A stretch of DNA of 64,000 nt from Phoronis australis. Taxonomy: Eukaryota; Animalia; Phoronida. The notes below the pieces were generated by a model. It was not told the origin of the DNA, did not search any database, and saw only the letters and a program-made list of their open reading frames with translations. The position numbers and the translations under genes were made by a program. The DNA lies in NCBI GenBank assembly GCA_002633005.1, contig NMRA01000019.1:1379372-1443371 (forward strand). Reading direction: 5' to 3'. Below are positions 53,096 through 64,000 of this stretch, piece after piece. The first letter of the stretch is position 1, and every line of letters begins with the position of its first letter.

Positions 53096-54805
53096 GGTTA
53101 CGTGTACCTTTGCTTAAAATGTTGTCTTCTTGAAAAATCTAAGTAACTACCAACTGTCATGGTATGAAAGTAGGCCTATTGTCTTTTCTAAAACTACGAG
53201 CGAAGGCAAATCTATTATTTTCATTCCCAACACTATGCCATTATGGTGACGTGGCTGTTCGTTTTTTGAAAGATACGTTGATAGCGAAGAAGTCCCTACA
53301 TTAGCATTCATCAAACTTTCTGCATTAAGGCTTTGATAAAAACCATGTCTGGGATTTTTCATATTTAGCACCAACGTTTTTGTTTGCGCTTTTCTGAGGA
53401 TAACACGGCAGGCACTCAATTTTAATTTAAAACTAAAAAATAACGAAAGCTCTAACAAAAAATCCGAGAAACACTTTTAACATTATGACATTGTGCTGTC
53501 AAAAATTCAAATGCAGTTAATAGTGATAGTCCCTTTCTCGAGATATTGTCTTTCCAAGTTTGAAGTCGGTCTCTAACAGCAATCGTTAAAACACGATTTA
53601 ATCTCAACAGTCGAACACTCACTGTTTTATTCTCGAATACAGGTTCTTGTCTTGGGCTAATGCAATGAAAATGTCTCGGTAAAATACGCTCGAAATTACA
53701 AGTATAAGTTAAATGGGGAAAGCGTGGCCTTAAATTACGCTCAGATTTACTAGCATAAACGCTTGAAATTACTTATCTAGCTCCCATACTTAAATCTTAG
53801 CCAATGACGCACACCTTTAAAAGTCACGCATGCTGGCACTTATGCCTTTCGTGCCGGAGCAAGCCATTGCAGGAATATCGGCGGTTGTCGCTCAGAGAAG
53901 TGAACGTAGGCAAACTCAAAGACAACCGAGCTCTTCCTACCCACTCAAGACGGCACCTGGAAGCCGAACATAATTTTACGGGGGCACTTTCCCCAAACGA
54001 TCCACCTTGTCGAATCACCCTTTAACCTCGCAGTCACTGTGCTGTATTCAGGGTTCCTTCTTTAGGTATTTTTTTTACAAAATGACAATTTATCAAAGTG
54101 GAAAGAAGGCCCACCATACCAAACTACTCGTTACCGTCGCTTCAGCCTCTGCAATATATCGATTTTTCTTCTTTGGGATGTTTTTTCAAAATGACATTTA
54201 TTTTATCAAAATGGAAACTAAACGTGGTTGGCATACTGCCAAACCGGAACTTGGAGAGCGTTGTCCAAAGCCGACCAATGTAGGTGGAGATTTGTAGTTC
54301 AGCAAGTCACCTTTGACAGAATTAAAAGCAACGTTGTGCACATCAGGGAATAGAAATGCTATACGAGAGTTGTGTCACAGGATTTTATGACGTTTTGTTA
54401 AGTCGTGAGGTTTTTTAATTCAAACGACCCCGCGTTCGGTTGGCAATCTTCAGTTCCAGGTTTCCGGTTGCTGGCTTCACATACAGTTGTACTGGTGGCC
54501 AACATGCGGGCTTCATTTTGCATTCATTTTCGTTTTACGCGGCTTAAGAATGAAGAAATGTGTCCGGAATTGAATTAGTTGTCAGAGTTTGGGTGACAAA
54601 CATGAGGGCTTTGCATTGTGGGAGAACTATGATGGCCTATTTGACGGTTTGAGTGACTGGTTGCCCGTTAGTAACAGATTTCCCAAGAGCGGTTTTTTCA
54701 TTAGAAAACAGCTACGCACTTGTGTGAAATTAAATATAGGCCTATTTGCAACCCTGGCATTTTTGCTGAATTCACTGACAATATTTTTAAGGGCTACACG
54801 TAATC
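53096..54805. mobile_element. Kolobok-like element with TTAA flanks
   Basis: ttaa|ggttacgtgtacc and gggctacacgtaatc|ttaa. A similar left end ttaa|ggttacgtg recurs at 58363. Confidence 0.6.
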
Positions 54806-55052
54806 TTAATTCCGACATTTAAGTGCTTTGAAGGACTATTTGACGGTTTGATTGACAGGTTTCACATAAACAAACCGTGTGTGTTAGTGACAGCCTCTTG
54901 GAGCGGTGCTTAGAAAACAACTCACATGTATATATTCTAGGTGTTTATGTGAAATTAAATATATTTGAAACTCTCACACATTTTGCCAAATGCATAGATA
55001 ACGTTTTTAAGGGTTTCACGTAATCTTAATTCTAACATTGTAGTGCTTTCAA
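54637..55052. repeat. Diverged tandem duplication, about 200 bp x2
   Basis: Units 54637-54832 and 54836-55052 share ctatttgacggtttga, tagaaaaca, gtgaaattaaatata, tttttaaggg..cacgtaatcttaatt and agtgcttt. Confidence 0.85.
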
Positions 55053-55155
55053 CTTGTCATCAGGGCCGTGTTTTTAACTTAATCTGATTTCTACGCGTTA
55101 TTCTTTTTATTCGTTAAACAATTACACAATAGCTCATGATTGACAGTAGACCTTT

Positions 55156-55398
55156 GGTCCGTTCCAAGAAACTGACTTAAGTTCATTTTTGACTGAAGTC
55201 TAAGACTTGTCTTAACTTCCATACTTTGAAACTTCCCCATCTGGTAAGATAGTTGAAATTAAGACAAAACTTTTATTAAAAACTTAATTCAAACTTAAGA
55301 TCTCTTTCTTGAAATGGTCTCGAGACAAATTTAAGTTTTATCTTAAAATTTACTAAAATTTGAGATATGTCTTAGCTAAGCTTTGTTGGAACGGGCCC
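55156..55398. mobile_element. PIF/Harbinger-like MITE
   Basis: TIRs ggtccgttccaagaaa and tttgttggaacgggccc. The interior is rich in symmetric cttaag motifs. Confidence 0.7.
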
Positions 55399-55772
55399 CT
55401 TATTCACGCAATCGCTATGTTAGTGGTGAGTCTATTTTTAGGTTTAAAAACGATACATTAGGGGCATAAATACATGCATAAAGAGGCACGCGAAGAAATC
55501 ACGCTTTAGGCTGTGACTACATTGTTTTCGGGCTTTAAAAAACCCCGAAAAGATGTTCACTTTTAAAATGGCGACTGCGTGAATAAGGTGTACAGTAGGC
55601 CTATGATACTCGCAGTGATTCATGGGTATTGTTGCCATACTTATCAGTGATGGTTTTGGGTGATTGTGATACATGTACAGTACGTGTTGATTGCTTCTAA
55701 ATAACATTGACAACAAAGCATTGCTTAAGACTTGTGGCCGGTTGATTATTGCGAACTCTCATTATCTTCCAG

Positions 55773-55808
55773 CATCAACGAAAGCAAAGATTTCGGATAA
55801 AAGCACAG
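55773..55808 (+). CDS. Ig-superfamily gene, possible second stalk mini-exon
   Basis: cttccag|CA...ACA G|gtactg, 36 nt, phase 1-1. Encodes (T)STKAKISDKST. Confidence 0.5.
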
Positions 55809-56122
55809 GTACTGTTCTAGTAACTGGCTACCTGCCTAAACGACTTGAATGCTATTAACGATTTAATTGTATTCTAAATATACCCCAAGTCACGGTCGGG
55901 GGTCACGTTAAACATCGCATAAGCCGCGTAAACGGACTCGGATTTCTTGCACGTGATATTATCGTTCTTAGATAACCAGACCCACCATAAACGCACTGGG
56001 GTTGACGATTTTTGCTTAATTTTCGATTTGAAAGTTTTTGAATAGCATATTTGAATTATTCATGAAAAGTAGACGTTGAATGGTTTATGAATATTTAAAA
56101 TCGGACAAGAAATGTAACTTAC

Positions 56123-56266
56123 AGCATAGCGCGTGAATTTTAACTGAATGTTGTCCAGAGCTTGCGCGTTGTTCTGTGCCTCATTACTTCTGTGGAGTGT
56201 GCAACATAGTAGACCAATTACCAAACCAGCAAAGAGCGTTGAAATTTCAGGTAGGCCAAGTGTCAT
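56123..56266 (-). CDS. Candidate first coding exon (signal-peptide-like) of an antisense gene
   Basis: Encodes MTLGLPEISTLFAGLVIGLLCCTLHRSNEAQNNAQALDNIQLKFTRYA followed by a canonical gtaagt donor. Phase 0. No homology recognised. Confidence 0.35.
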
Positions 56267-56782
56267 CGTGCAATTTTTGGCATGAGCATACACGGAAGTT
56301 TGATTCTTGAGTAAGAGTAGACAAAGCGTTAACGCCTTTCAGGCTTCATTTATTGCAACCACCCTTCAACGCTGTTATGGTCCACGTGCTGTCCACGCTG
56401 TCGGGACTCTCAATGTCTTGTGACAATAAACGACATTTAGTTCAAACTCGCAACAAACACGATGCAAAATCTTTTTGGCATCTTAAAAATCTTTAAGTTG
56501 AAATTGGTCTTCTCGTCAGTCAAGTGGCAAGAAACACGATCGATCATGTAACTGAACTATCGCAAATACTGATTTCGAACGCTAATATGGAACACCACTT
56601 TGATAACATCCTCGAAGATTCATCTTGCAAGATTGGTGAATTCCCAGAGGGACACGCTAGTTCACTTCAAGGTCCAGCTTGTGTTGTGTATGCCAGGGTT
56701 TATCACCGCGGATGTCTTATTGAATGTACATGTAGCCCGGGTCGCCTTTCCTAGTCTGACATATATTTAACAATATTTTCAG

Positions 56783-56829
56783 ATGGGATGCCACCAGTCT
56801 TTCTCCAGCTGTTCCGACTGAAACCATAA
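56783..56829 (+). CDS. Ig-superfamily gene, candidate terminal exon
   Basis: Acceptor ttttcag. The phase-1 reading is (D)GMPPVFLQLFRLKP*. The phase-2 reading runs to 56864 and contains NPFY. AATAAA at 57376-57381. Confidence 0.4.
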
Positions 56830-57771
56830 CCAATCCCTTCTACCGCTTGACTTCATCAAGCTGACAACGTGTTTTTGTTTGATTGAGAGTCTTTGGTATT
56901 AATTTTCTTATGAATACATACTCCAGAGTATAAGAAACTCACACTCGAGTAGGCCTATCCAACTTGACTGCAATGTTCATAAAGATATGCCACGTATTTG
57001 AAAGCCACAAAATCGACGAGAAAAAGTTTGTTTGTGATTATGCTGGCTCAAGATGAATTCGAACTCATGACCTCAGCGGTCGTTTTTACCTCCTGTAAAA
57101 TTAGATAATATTCCAATTCTTGGGTTAACGGAACCCAACCCTTTTCTCATGACGTACATGTAGAACTGAAATAGAACTCAAACTATGATGTATATTTATC
57201 ATCAATAATCAATGACAAACGATATAATTATGCAGATGATAGTCAAGTAAAGCATCGTACACAACGACTGTGTTCCATAATGAGTAGTATTGGTACTACG
57301 CCAGTGTTTCAAATGTTTATATCTTTTAATGATTCATATAAACAATGTGTGAACAATGTGTGTAAGAAATGCAAAAATAAAGGTGCATGTGCTTTTGTTT
57401 GAATAATACAATTGTATATTACCATGCAAACATTTTCAAAGCACTTTGTATTCAACTGCACGTTTTCAATATAATGACGCACAAAGAACAGATTTCCAAG
57501 ATTCCCTAAGCGTACATGTATTAATCTGCAGCCTCTATGTTTTTAAGTACAGAATCGAACAAGTCAACTTATCACCTAACAGATGTTCATGAGGAAATTA
57601 CCACCCAGTAGTTTTCAAGTGAACATGAAAATCTCAATTTTATTTTTTAGTAAGTTTGGAACCAAATCGTTTCCATGTTTGGACGTACCTAGATCATACC
57701 TGCGTCCCTTGTCTGAGCTACCTGAAGTTGCCATCAATGTCACTGACAGGTTGGCAAAGTACTAAATAGTA

Positions 57772-58181
57772 CCGGCATTTTCCGTAGATAAGTCCATCCA
57801 ATCTGGCCGAGTAAACGCCCATGGCGGTTTATTTGGTGTTCAACTTCTGGTGTCAAGTTTCCAGATAAATGGGGTTCATTCGGAAAAAATCCCTTTAAAA
57901 GCCCACTGAGCATCAACTTTTTGTCACAAATTCAATTTTCTAGAACATTTATCACTTACAAAAACGAACAAGGTGTTGGAGAACTATGCATTTGTTAAAA
58001 TAGAATTTAAAAGCAGTTTTTAATAAAAATGTCAATGTCAGCAAAACTATAACTTTCAGTTTACAAGACCCCTCCCCTTTTTCGAATAAACGCCCGGGGG
58101 TTTGTTTTGCTGTTACTAAAACACTTGTAAAATTTCATTTTCCTAATACAAGCCCATGGGCTTATCTACAGAAAATCCCGG
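57772..58181. mobile_element. Tc1/mariner-pogo-type MITE with TA TSD
   Basis: ta|ccggcattttccgtagataagtccat and atgggcttatctacagaaaatcccgg|ta: 26-bp imperfect TIRs. Confidence 0.85.
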
Positions 58182-58362
58182 TACCACATCATCTGTTACG
58201 CGGTTGGATTGACATGGGTGCAGGTGCAGAAATAATTCTTTATATTTTGTATTCGAAACTTTAGCTATTATGACATATCCAGTCAAACAAAATATTTCTA
58301 GAAACCTTGGTTTTGGTCGGAGCTTTTTAAGGATACATCAAACGGTAAGTATGCGTCATTAA

Positions 58363-59290
58363 GGTTACGTGACGTAGTCATACATACACAAAACATGCCG
58401 AGAGTGGCGTACTGTACATGTAGGCCCGGCTACAGTACATGTACATGAAGTTATATTCCACAAGACATTATTTCGCGTATCCGAAGGTCGAGGTCCATAC
58501 GCGGAATAATGTCTCTACGTTTTGTATTTATCCCATACGCTTCGAATTTCTAAGTTTCTTTCATTTTTCGGCAGATTTTCTAAATACTTGACTCCGACTG
58601 TTCACGTGGCGGATCACGTCCTGCATGTATGTACTTTCGCGTAAGGCTGCAGGTTTTCTCTAGTAAAAGAAACAGTTTTAAATGTGAAGATTTATTACTT
58701 GAAAAGAGATAACAAAGACATAAACAAGGGTAATTTTTCATTGAACTTGTAACATCTCCTGAAAATAGTTAAATGACAAAAAATTGACATTGTAGTTACC
58801 GGAGGATTCGGCGCCTGGGTTGCAGACGATAAAATATTTAGCAAATGAAAACCGAGACAGAACTGACCTATAATCAACGGTCCTGTTCCAGATATGTTAC
58901 GACTGAGACCTGATTGTATGTTGACCGTTATTTACACTTGTCTGCTATAATTGTATTACTTTAAACTATTTTCCGAAACTTTGGTGATCGAGCCCGCTAA
59001 CGACGTCGAGTAGACATTGGCCTACTTTTTGAACTTTTCATGGCAGAGGTCACTGTTGAAGTAGTGCGGGAGCTGAATACGGAAAACTTTACTACATGGC
59101 CGTATTTCCCTCGGCAAATTCAACGCGTATGGGATAAAATAGGGACCAAGCGAGTTCATCGATGTTTGTACAATCCCCGAGCACCCTCTATGGGCGGACG
59201 ACTGTCGAATTATGAGGCACGAAATCAGGACATGGCTAAAATTCAGAAAACCTGTTTCGAAGCATGACATGAAAGATCATTGGGCTATTC
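58363..59290 (+). mobile_element. Partial Kolobok-like element with possible THAP remnant
   Basis: Left end ttaa|ggttacgtg as at 53096. A frameshifted THAP-like piece TIPEHPLWADDCRIMRH...W...VSKH lies at about 59170-59266. Right end not found. Confidence 0.35.
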
Positions 59291-62200
59291 GGGAGAAGAC
59301 TTAAAAGCCATTAGGCAAAAAAAGAACTTCTGGCTGCTGCTATTTGTAGTCGGGCATCTTACTTTTGGCTAAAGTCAAGAGGAAAAACGAAATGCGCCAT
59401 TATAGTTCAAAACAGCTTCAACTTTATTATTTACTACTAAACTACGCAACGATCCACGACGCTTAGTTTGGTCATGACAACACTACAATTTTAATCCCTC
59501 GTGTTACGCCAGACCTTTCAAAAATGGATTTCTTTGCGGTTTGTTATCAGTGCATGTCGTTAGGCCGCAAGCACCGATATAAAGCTTGGTCTTTCTCAGC
59601 GGTCAGGTCATCAAAACTCCTCTCAATTTACACTTGTGCAAGCAGGATATTGACCTTCTCCAGGGTAAGCATGCTGTGTTGGCAGCTAAAGCCCGCATTA
59701 GGCCTAGCGCAAACCGAGAACTTGATCACTCCTACCCGCAGAACAGAAATCAAGAGCCAATAGTTCATACCTCACATCCGCGGCAAATGAACCGTGGGGA
59801 TTTTGCCACTCGAGGCGGTGATGCCTGTGTTACACTTCCTCAATTTCTTTCTGGTCAGAAGCTAAATCCCTGCAGCAGGCAAATATGTAAGCCAAGTGCT
59901 TAAGGACTACAATTGCTAACCACTAGAAAATATTTATTATAGCACTTGGCTCTTGCTCAATGTAACTGTAGTTTACAGGTAGCTGAACATTTCAACAAGA
60001 TGTAAGAGGATAAACACCCCGAGCAGGCCTCAGTGCATTAAATTCACAACCTGTTTTGTCAACTGGCTTTTCAAACAAATCCCATGGTTTTGTACAAGTC
60101 GGTGGTGCACTCGACTAGTTGACAGCATCGACAGTTATGCCCTAGCCACTTGATCCAAGGACAGTCTATGCATCACACGTAAAATAATGAGATCAGATGA
60201 ATAACTAGATCATTAAACATGAACACTCATCAGAATCACAACAAGGCTGCATTCATTAAGGGTAGTTTCTTGCAAGTTTCACATGATGAAGATTAGTCCT
60301 CGCTTAATATTGGCTTGCGCTTTAAAAGAATCTCGCCATCTCACTAGCTCTCAACCACTACTCTCCTGCACTAAAGCCGCACATAATTTCTGGTTTACCA
60401 GTCACGATTCCTGTCTAAGCTACGATGGTCGCAACTTCAGACTCAACATTAGGATGAAAAATTACGCCATGTAACCAAAAAAAGATTATCTTCATTTGAA
60501 CTATGTGAGCATTTCTGTACCCTGTGTGGCGTAAATGAACAAAGATTCAATTTTCTGATGAACACCTGGGCAGTCTGACGAAAGCACTTCATCAGCATGG
60601 CGACATCAGTGGGCTAAGGGTCCCACATGACTATACCTGGATACATGCTTTTTTAGGTGTGAGTATTGTAGCTCTGGCGCCACCTAAAATACTTAAGTCT
60701 CTCATTACTACCCAGGTAGGACTGTGCAGGTTGTCCACAAACATTACGGGATTCCATTTCATCACAAAGCACCAGCGTAAATTATAACCCCTGTGACGAT
60801 GTGGAGGAGCACATGAGATAACCTGGACTGTGAGATGGCTGGTCTTCTATTACAACTCCTCCATTAGTTGGTCATAGTTCACATCTGAGTTGTTGGATGT
60901 TGTGGAAGACTTTTTCCTTAAACTGTGACGCAACGTTCTGTAATGAAAAACATGGATTGTGGCGTTGAAATTCACTTGCAGCGACACTAAAATCATGTCC
61001 CAAGATACCCCTTTCACTCAACAAGAGACTGCACCTTTGAAAGAGAAAATTGTAGTCTTTCCTTCAATTAAAAACGAACAACAGTATCTTGTGGTGTGAT
61101 GTAATTATGTCAAATGCAATACTTAAACACTGAGCACCGCTGTTTGTTGTTTAGAATGTTTCTCCAAAATTAAACATAGTAAACATTCACATGTCAAAGC
61201 AGTTTGCCCAAACACCAAAAGTGATTGTAATGGTGGAGACCAGATTTGACCTATTTATAAAATGAGAAAAACTTCAGCAAAGAACATGCAGGACAGTGCA
61301 GTACAAGTGGCCAATAATGTAGTTTTTGTCGATCAAACATTAATTGTAAGTCCGATAAAACACAGCTGCAATTCATTTGAAACTGAAATTATAAAATTCA
61401 GGATGAAATTGATGACAAAAACAAATATACAGCAATTACCTAAATAAGAAAAATCATCATACGAATAATAAGCACACTTGCAAAACAATTTACAAACACA
61501 GGAACACAAAACAAACAGAACTTATAACTAAAATGAACAAAACAAAGAGCATACTTATCACATTTAGGAACTCAAGAAAATACTACTAACACAGACGTTC
61601 AACTGAATCAATCAAAAGGGGTCTGTATGAAGGACTAGTGCCGTCAGTTCAATCATCTCGTAGTTATCTAAAGGAAATGTAAAATTTAGAGCAACTTATG
61701 GTTCCTCAAAACACATACAAAATCAAACTAAGATCATTGAAAAAATAGTCATAATATAAGTAAAATACTGCTTCGTCTCTGAACCAATAGTATCGGATTA
61801 TAGAGTTTCTGAAGATACAACAGAACTGGCAGGGATTCTCGAATGCAAGCACAGGGTTGTGTTCAGATAGAACAGTCGCAGGCAAACACACGTCTATACA
61901 ACATTTATTTGGCTTTTAGCATAAATGAACTGTTGATTGATAACCACTATCAACAATTTAGTTGCCATGATGTCTGACACTCTATCAAAAGTTCTTTAAA
62001 GTTGCCCTTGATTATCAGTAATAAACCGTGATTGGATACATTAACAAAAAACTTGGCAAAGAGCCAGACAAAATGGTTAATGCTTAATTTAGAAACTTCG
62101 ATGTGAATTTTATGAATTGTTGATCAATCCACTGCTAAGATGCAATGTTGGGAGAATTTTACAAAAGGCACCGCTGGTATCCATGACGTGACATAGAACA

Positions 62201-63340
62201 CAACCCTGGACCTAAGTTATTAGCAAAGTTGTTGCCACTATAGGTGATACATAACAGTGGTAGCCAGATAGGTGCAAAATGTATAATGAAGAAAGAACTT
62301 TCCATTCTCAAAATGCGACACTGGCAAATGATACATGCAAATAGTTACCTAGAAGCAGACGACTGAGAAGATTGCGCAGCAGATGGAGCCACGGTAACAT
62401 CAGTTTTCCTTGCATTGTTTCGTCTCTGTCTCCTATAATATTTATTTCACAACAACCATTGAAAATTCTTAAGGCAGCCTTGAAGAAAGATGAAAATAAA
62501 CATTTTACAAATATCCCTGACAAATAAGACTGGCATGTTAAACTTTTTTCTTTGACAGCAGGCGGAGAGCACACTTGTACATGTACTAAGTCATTAACAT
62601 ATTTGTTGAAAATTTCAAAAGTAGAATACATAATCCATTACCATTTTGGGATAACCAATCCTACGCAACATCACTGTTTACAGGATAGTCGAAATGTCAA
62701 ACAGTTGGAAACTTCCATTCACTTACACTACATCAAACAAATGCGCTTAGAAACCGTGGTCTAATATGATCACGCAAAAGTTTAACTTTGTAACTTGTGG
62801 ATTTTAGAATATATATAGTTCCCTAATCACTGCACTAATGAGGTATGCTACAGTGGATGTCTGTGAACTTGGACTACATAATTATTTACTCTACCTTGGA
62901 ACTATAGAAGTTTTTGTCTCAGCACTTTTCTCATCATCCAGCATGAGTGACTGGCTGTCTCCACTGACTGCTCGATGGCATGGCTCTCTAGTGGGTGGAG
63001 GGCTTTTACAGTCCTGCAACCATAGCAACAACAATGGTAATTTTGGAATCACTAATGCCTTATCTCATTACTTGAGTTCACGTCTTCAACAATAATGTTG
63101 GCAGTCATAAGATTTTGATGCCTAAGCCACATAAATGACTTGGTGTTGATCCGTTGAGTTTCTGGGCAGAGTTGGGTATTGATTGGGAGATTACTGGGAC
63201 AAACAGGTGTATGTTGATGTCAGCTAATATCAGGATGCAATCCCTGTCTGATTTCCAATAACATGATCTTTGTTGAAAGATTATAAGGTGATACTGAATA
63301 TCGGCTGCCGATTGCCTGATATATAAATTGACAGTAGAAT

Positions 63341-63412
63341 TCATTTGACATCAACAACCATCACCAACAATGATCCGAAGCCCAAGACCTTTGCAAGGTA
63401 ATTTATTTCTTC
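63341..63412 (-). CDS. Candidate last coding exon of an unidentified gene extending beyond the right edge
   Basis: ttgacag|GAA...AAA TGA encodes EEINYLAKVLGFGSLLVMVVDVK*. It is followed on the minus strand by repeat-poor, U-rich sequence with AATAAA at about 61905, 59934 and 59423. Confidence 0.45.
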   Translation of the reverse strand, partial: EEINYLAKVLGFGSLLVMVVDVK

Positions 63413-63699
63413 CTGTCAAGAATAGGCAAAAGTTTGAAGACAAAATATCCTCTTAATTTCAAATAACTTGGGAGCTATTGTTCAACCATTTCCCTCTGGG
63501 TTTTAATTGGAACTTGATGAAAAATCAATACTGAATTACGCTGAGTCTTCCAACTTTTAAAAACCTCAATACAAACGTCTGCCCATTGTTACAGCAGTTT
63601 CTATCTTTGAAATGCAACCGAAGTTCCCGACTTTAGGAACAAGAGCAACGCAGAGCACTGAAATGCACCCACGAATGCACCGCAAATGGTGTGTTTCAT

Positions 63700-64000
63700 G
63701 GGATGTTTATTTGTATCATAAAAATGGCCACTAGATGGCATAAAATATGTCAAAACCATCTGTAAACAGAAACATGCCATTGTTTCTTTAATAGAAAGCT
63801 TTTTAACAATTTTCATAAAAATCGGTCAAGGAACTTTAGAGAAACAAAGGAAAACTAAAAAAAATGAAATTGCCACTAGGGGGCACAGCATTTGTCAGAC
63901 GCACTGAGAGGCGCCACAGTAATCGAGCTGGTTGATAGATGAGTGGACGCCAAAAAAGAGATTCCAATACACCAAAAATGGCCACTAGGTGGTGGAAAAT
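63700..64000 (-). repeat. HINE-like repeat fragment with ccactag(g/a)(g/t)gg subrepeats
   Basis: tggccactagatggca (63725), tgccactagggggcac (63871) and tggccactaggtggtg (63979). Related to 27120-27620. Confidence 0.55.

Noticed and set aside
55600-55690. Decayed transmembrane exon of the Ig gene
   Set aside because: A hydrophobic stretch appears only after about three assumed frameshifts. GT-rich DNA translates as hydrophobic by chance.
57040-57082. tRNA gene (minus-strand GAGTTCGAAT B-box-like motif)
   Set aside because: No cloverleaf or A-box can be built. At most it is a SINE-head fragment.

Overview
This is intron-rich, AT-rich animal DNA, probably a marine invertebrate deuterostome (inferred from gene and repeat style, not proven). 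It has one large assembly gap (31884-32729). Most ORFs in the supplied track are spurious, so genes were rebuilt by hand from splice sites and reading phase. Supported genes: (1) the 5' end of a VPS13-family (chorein-N) gene on the minus strand, with coding exons of 97, 44 and 43 nt, running off the left edge; (2) a complete six-coding-exon CLYBL gene on the plus strand (20413-28337, 368 aa), head-to-head with VPS13; (3) a plus-strand immunoglobulin-superfamily gene with a signal peptide and V-like, C2 and C2 domains in all-phase-1 exons (46500 to about 56829), C-terminus unresolved. Less certain: (4) a minus-strand Ser/Thr/Pro-rich exon ending in a GPI-like signal and interrupted by a 174-bp MITE; (5) a terminal exon and long 3'UTR of a minus-strand gene entering from the right. 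The rest is DNA-transposon debris (Kolobok-, ISL2EU/Harbinger-, TcMar-, hAT-, P-like and Helentron/HINE-like elements, several with THAP remnants), LINE 3' ends and minisatellites. No CRISPR array, rRNA, intact tRNA or operon-like system was found. I cannot support a wholly new biological system from sequence alone. The best leads are the MITE-interrupted GPI exon, the interleaved antisense gene candidate, the atypical Ig protein and the repeats carrying CTCF-like motifs.
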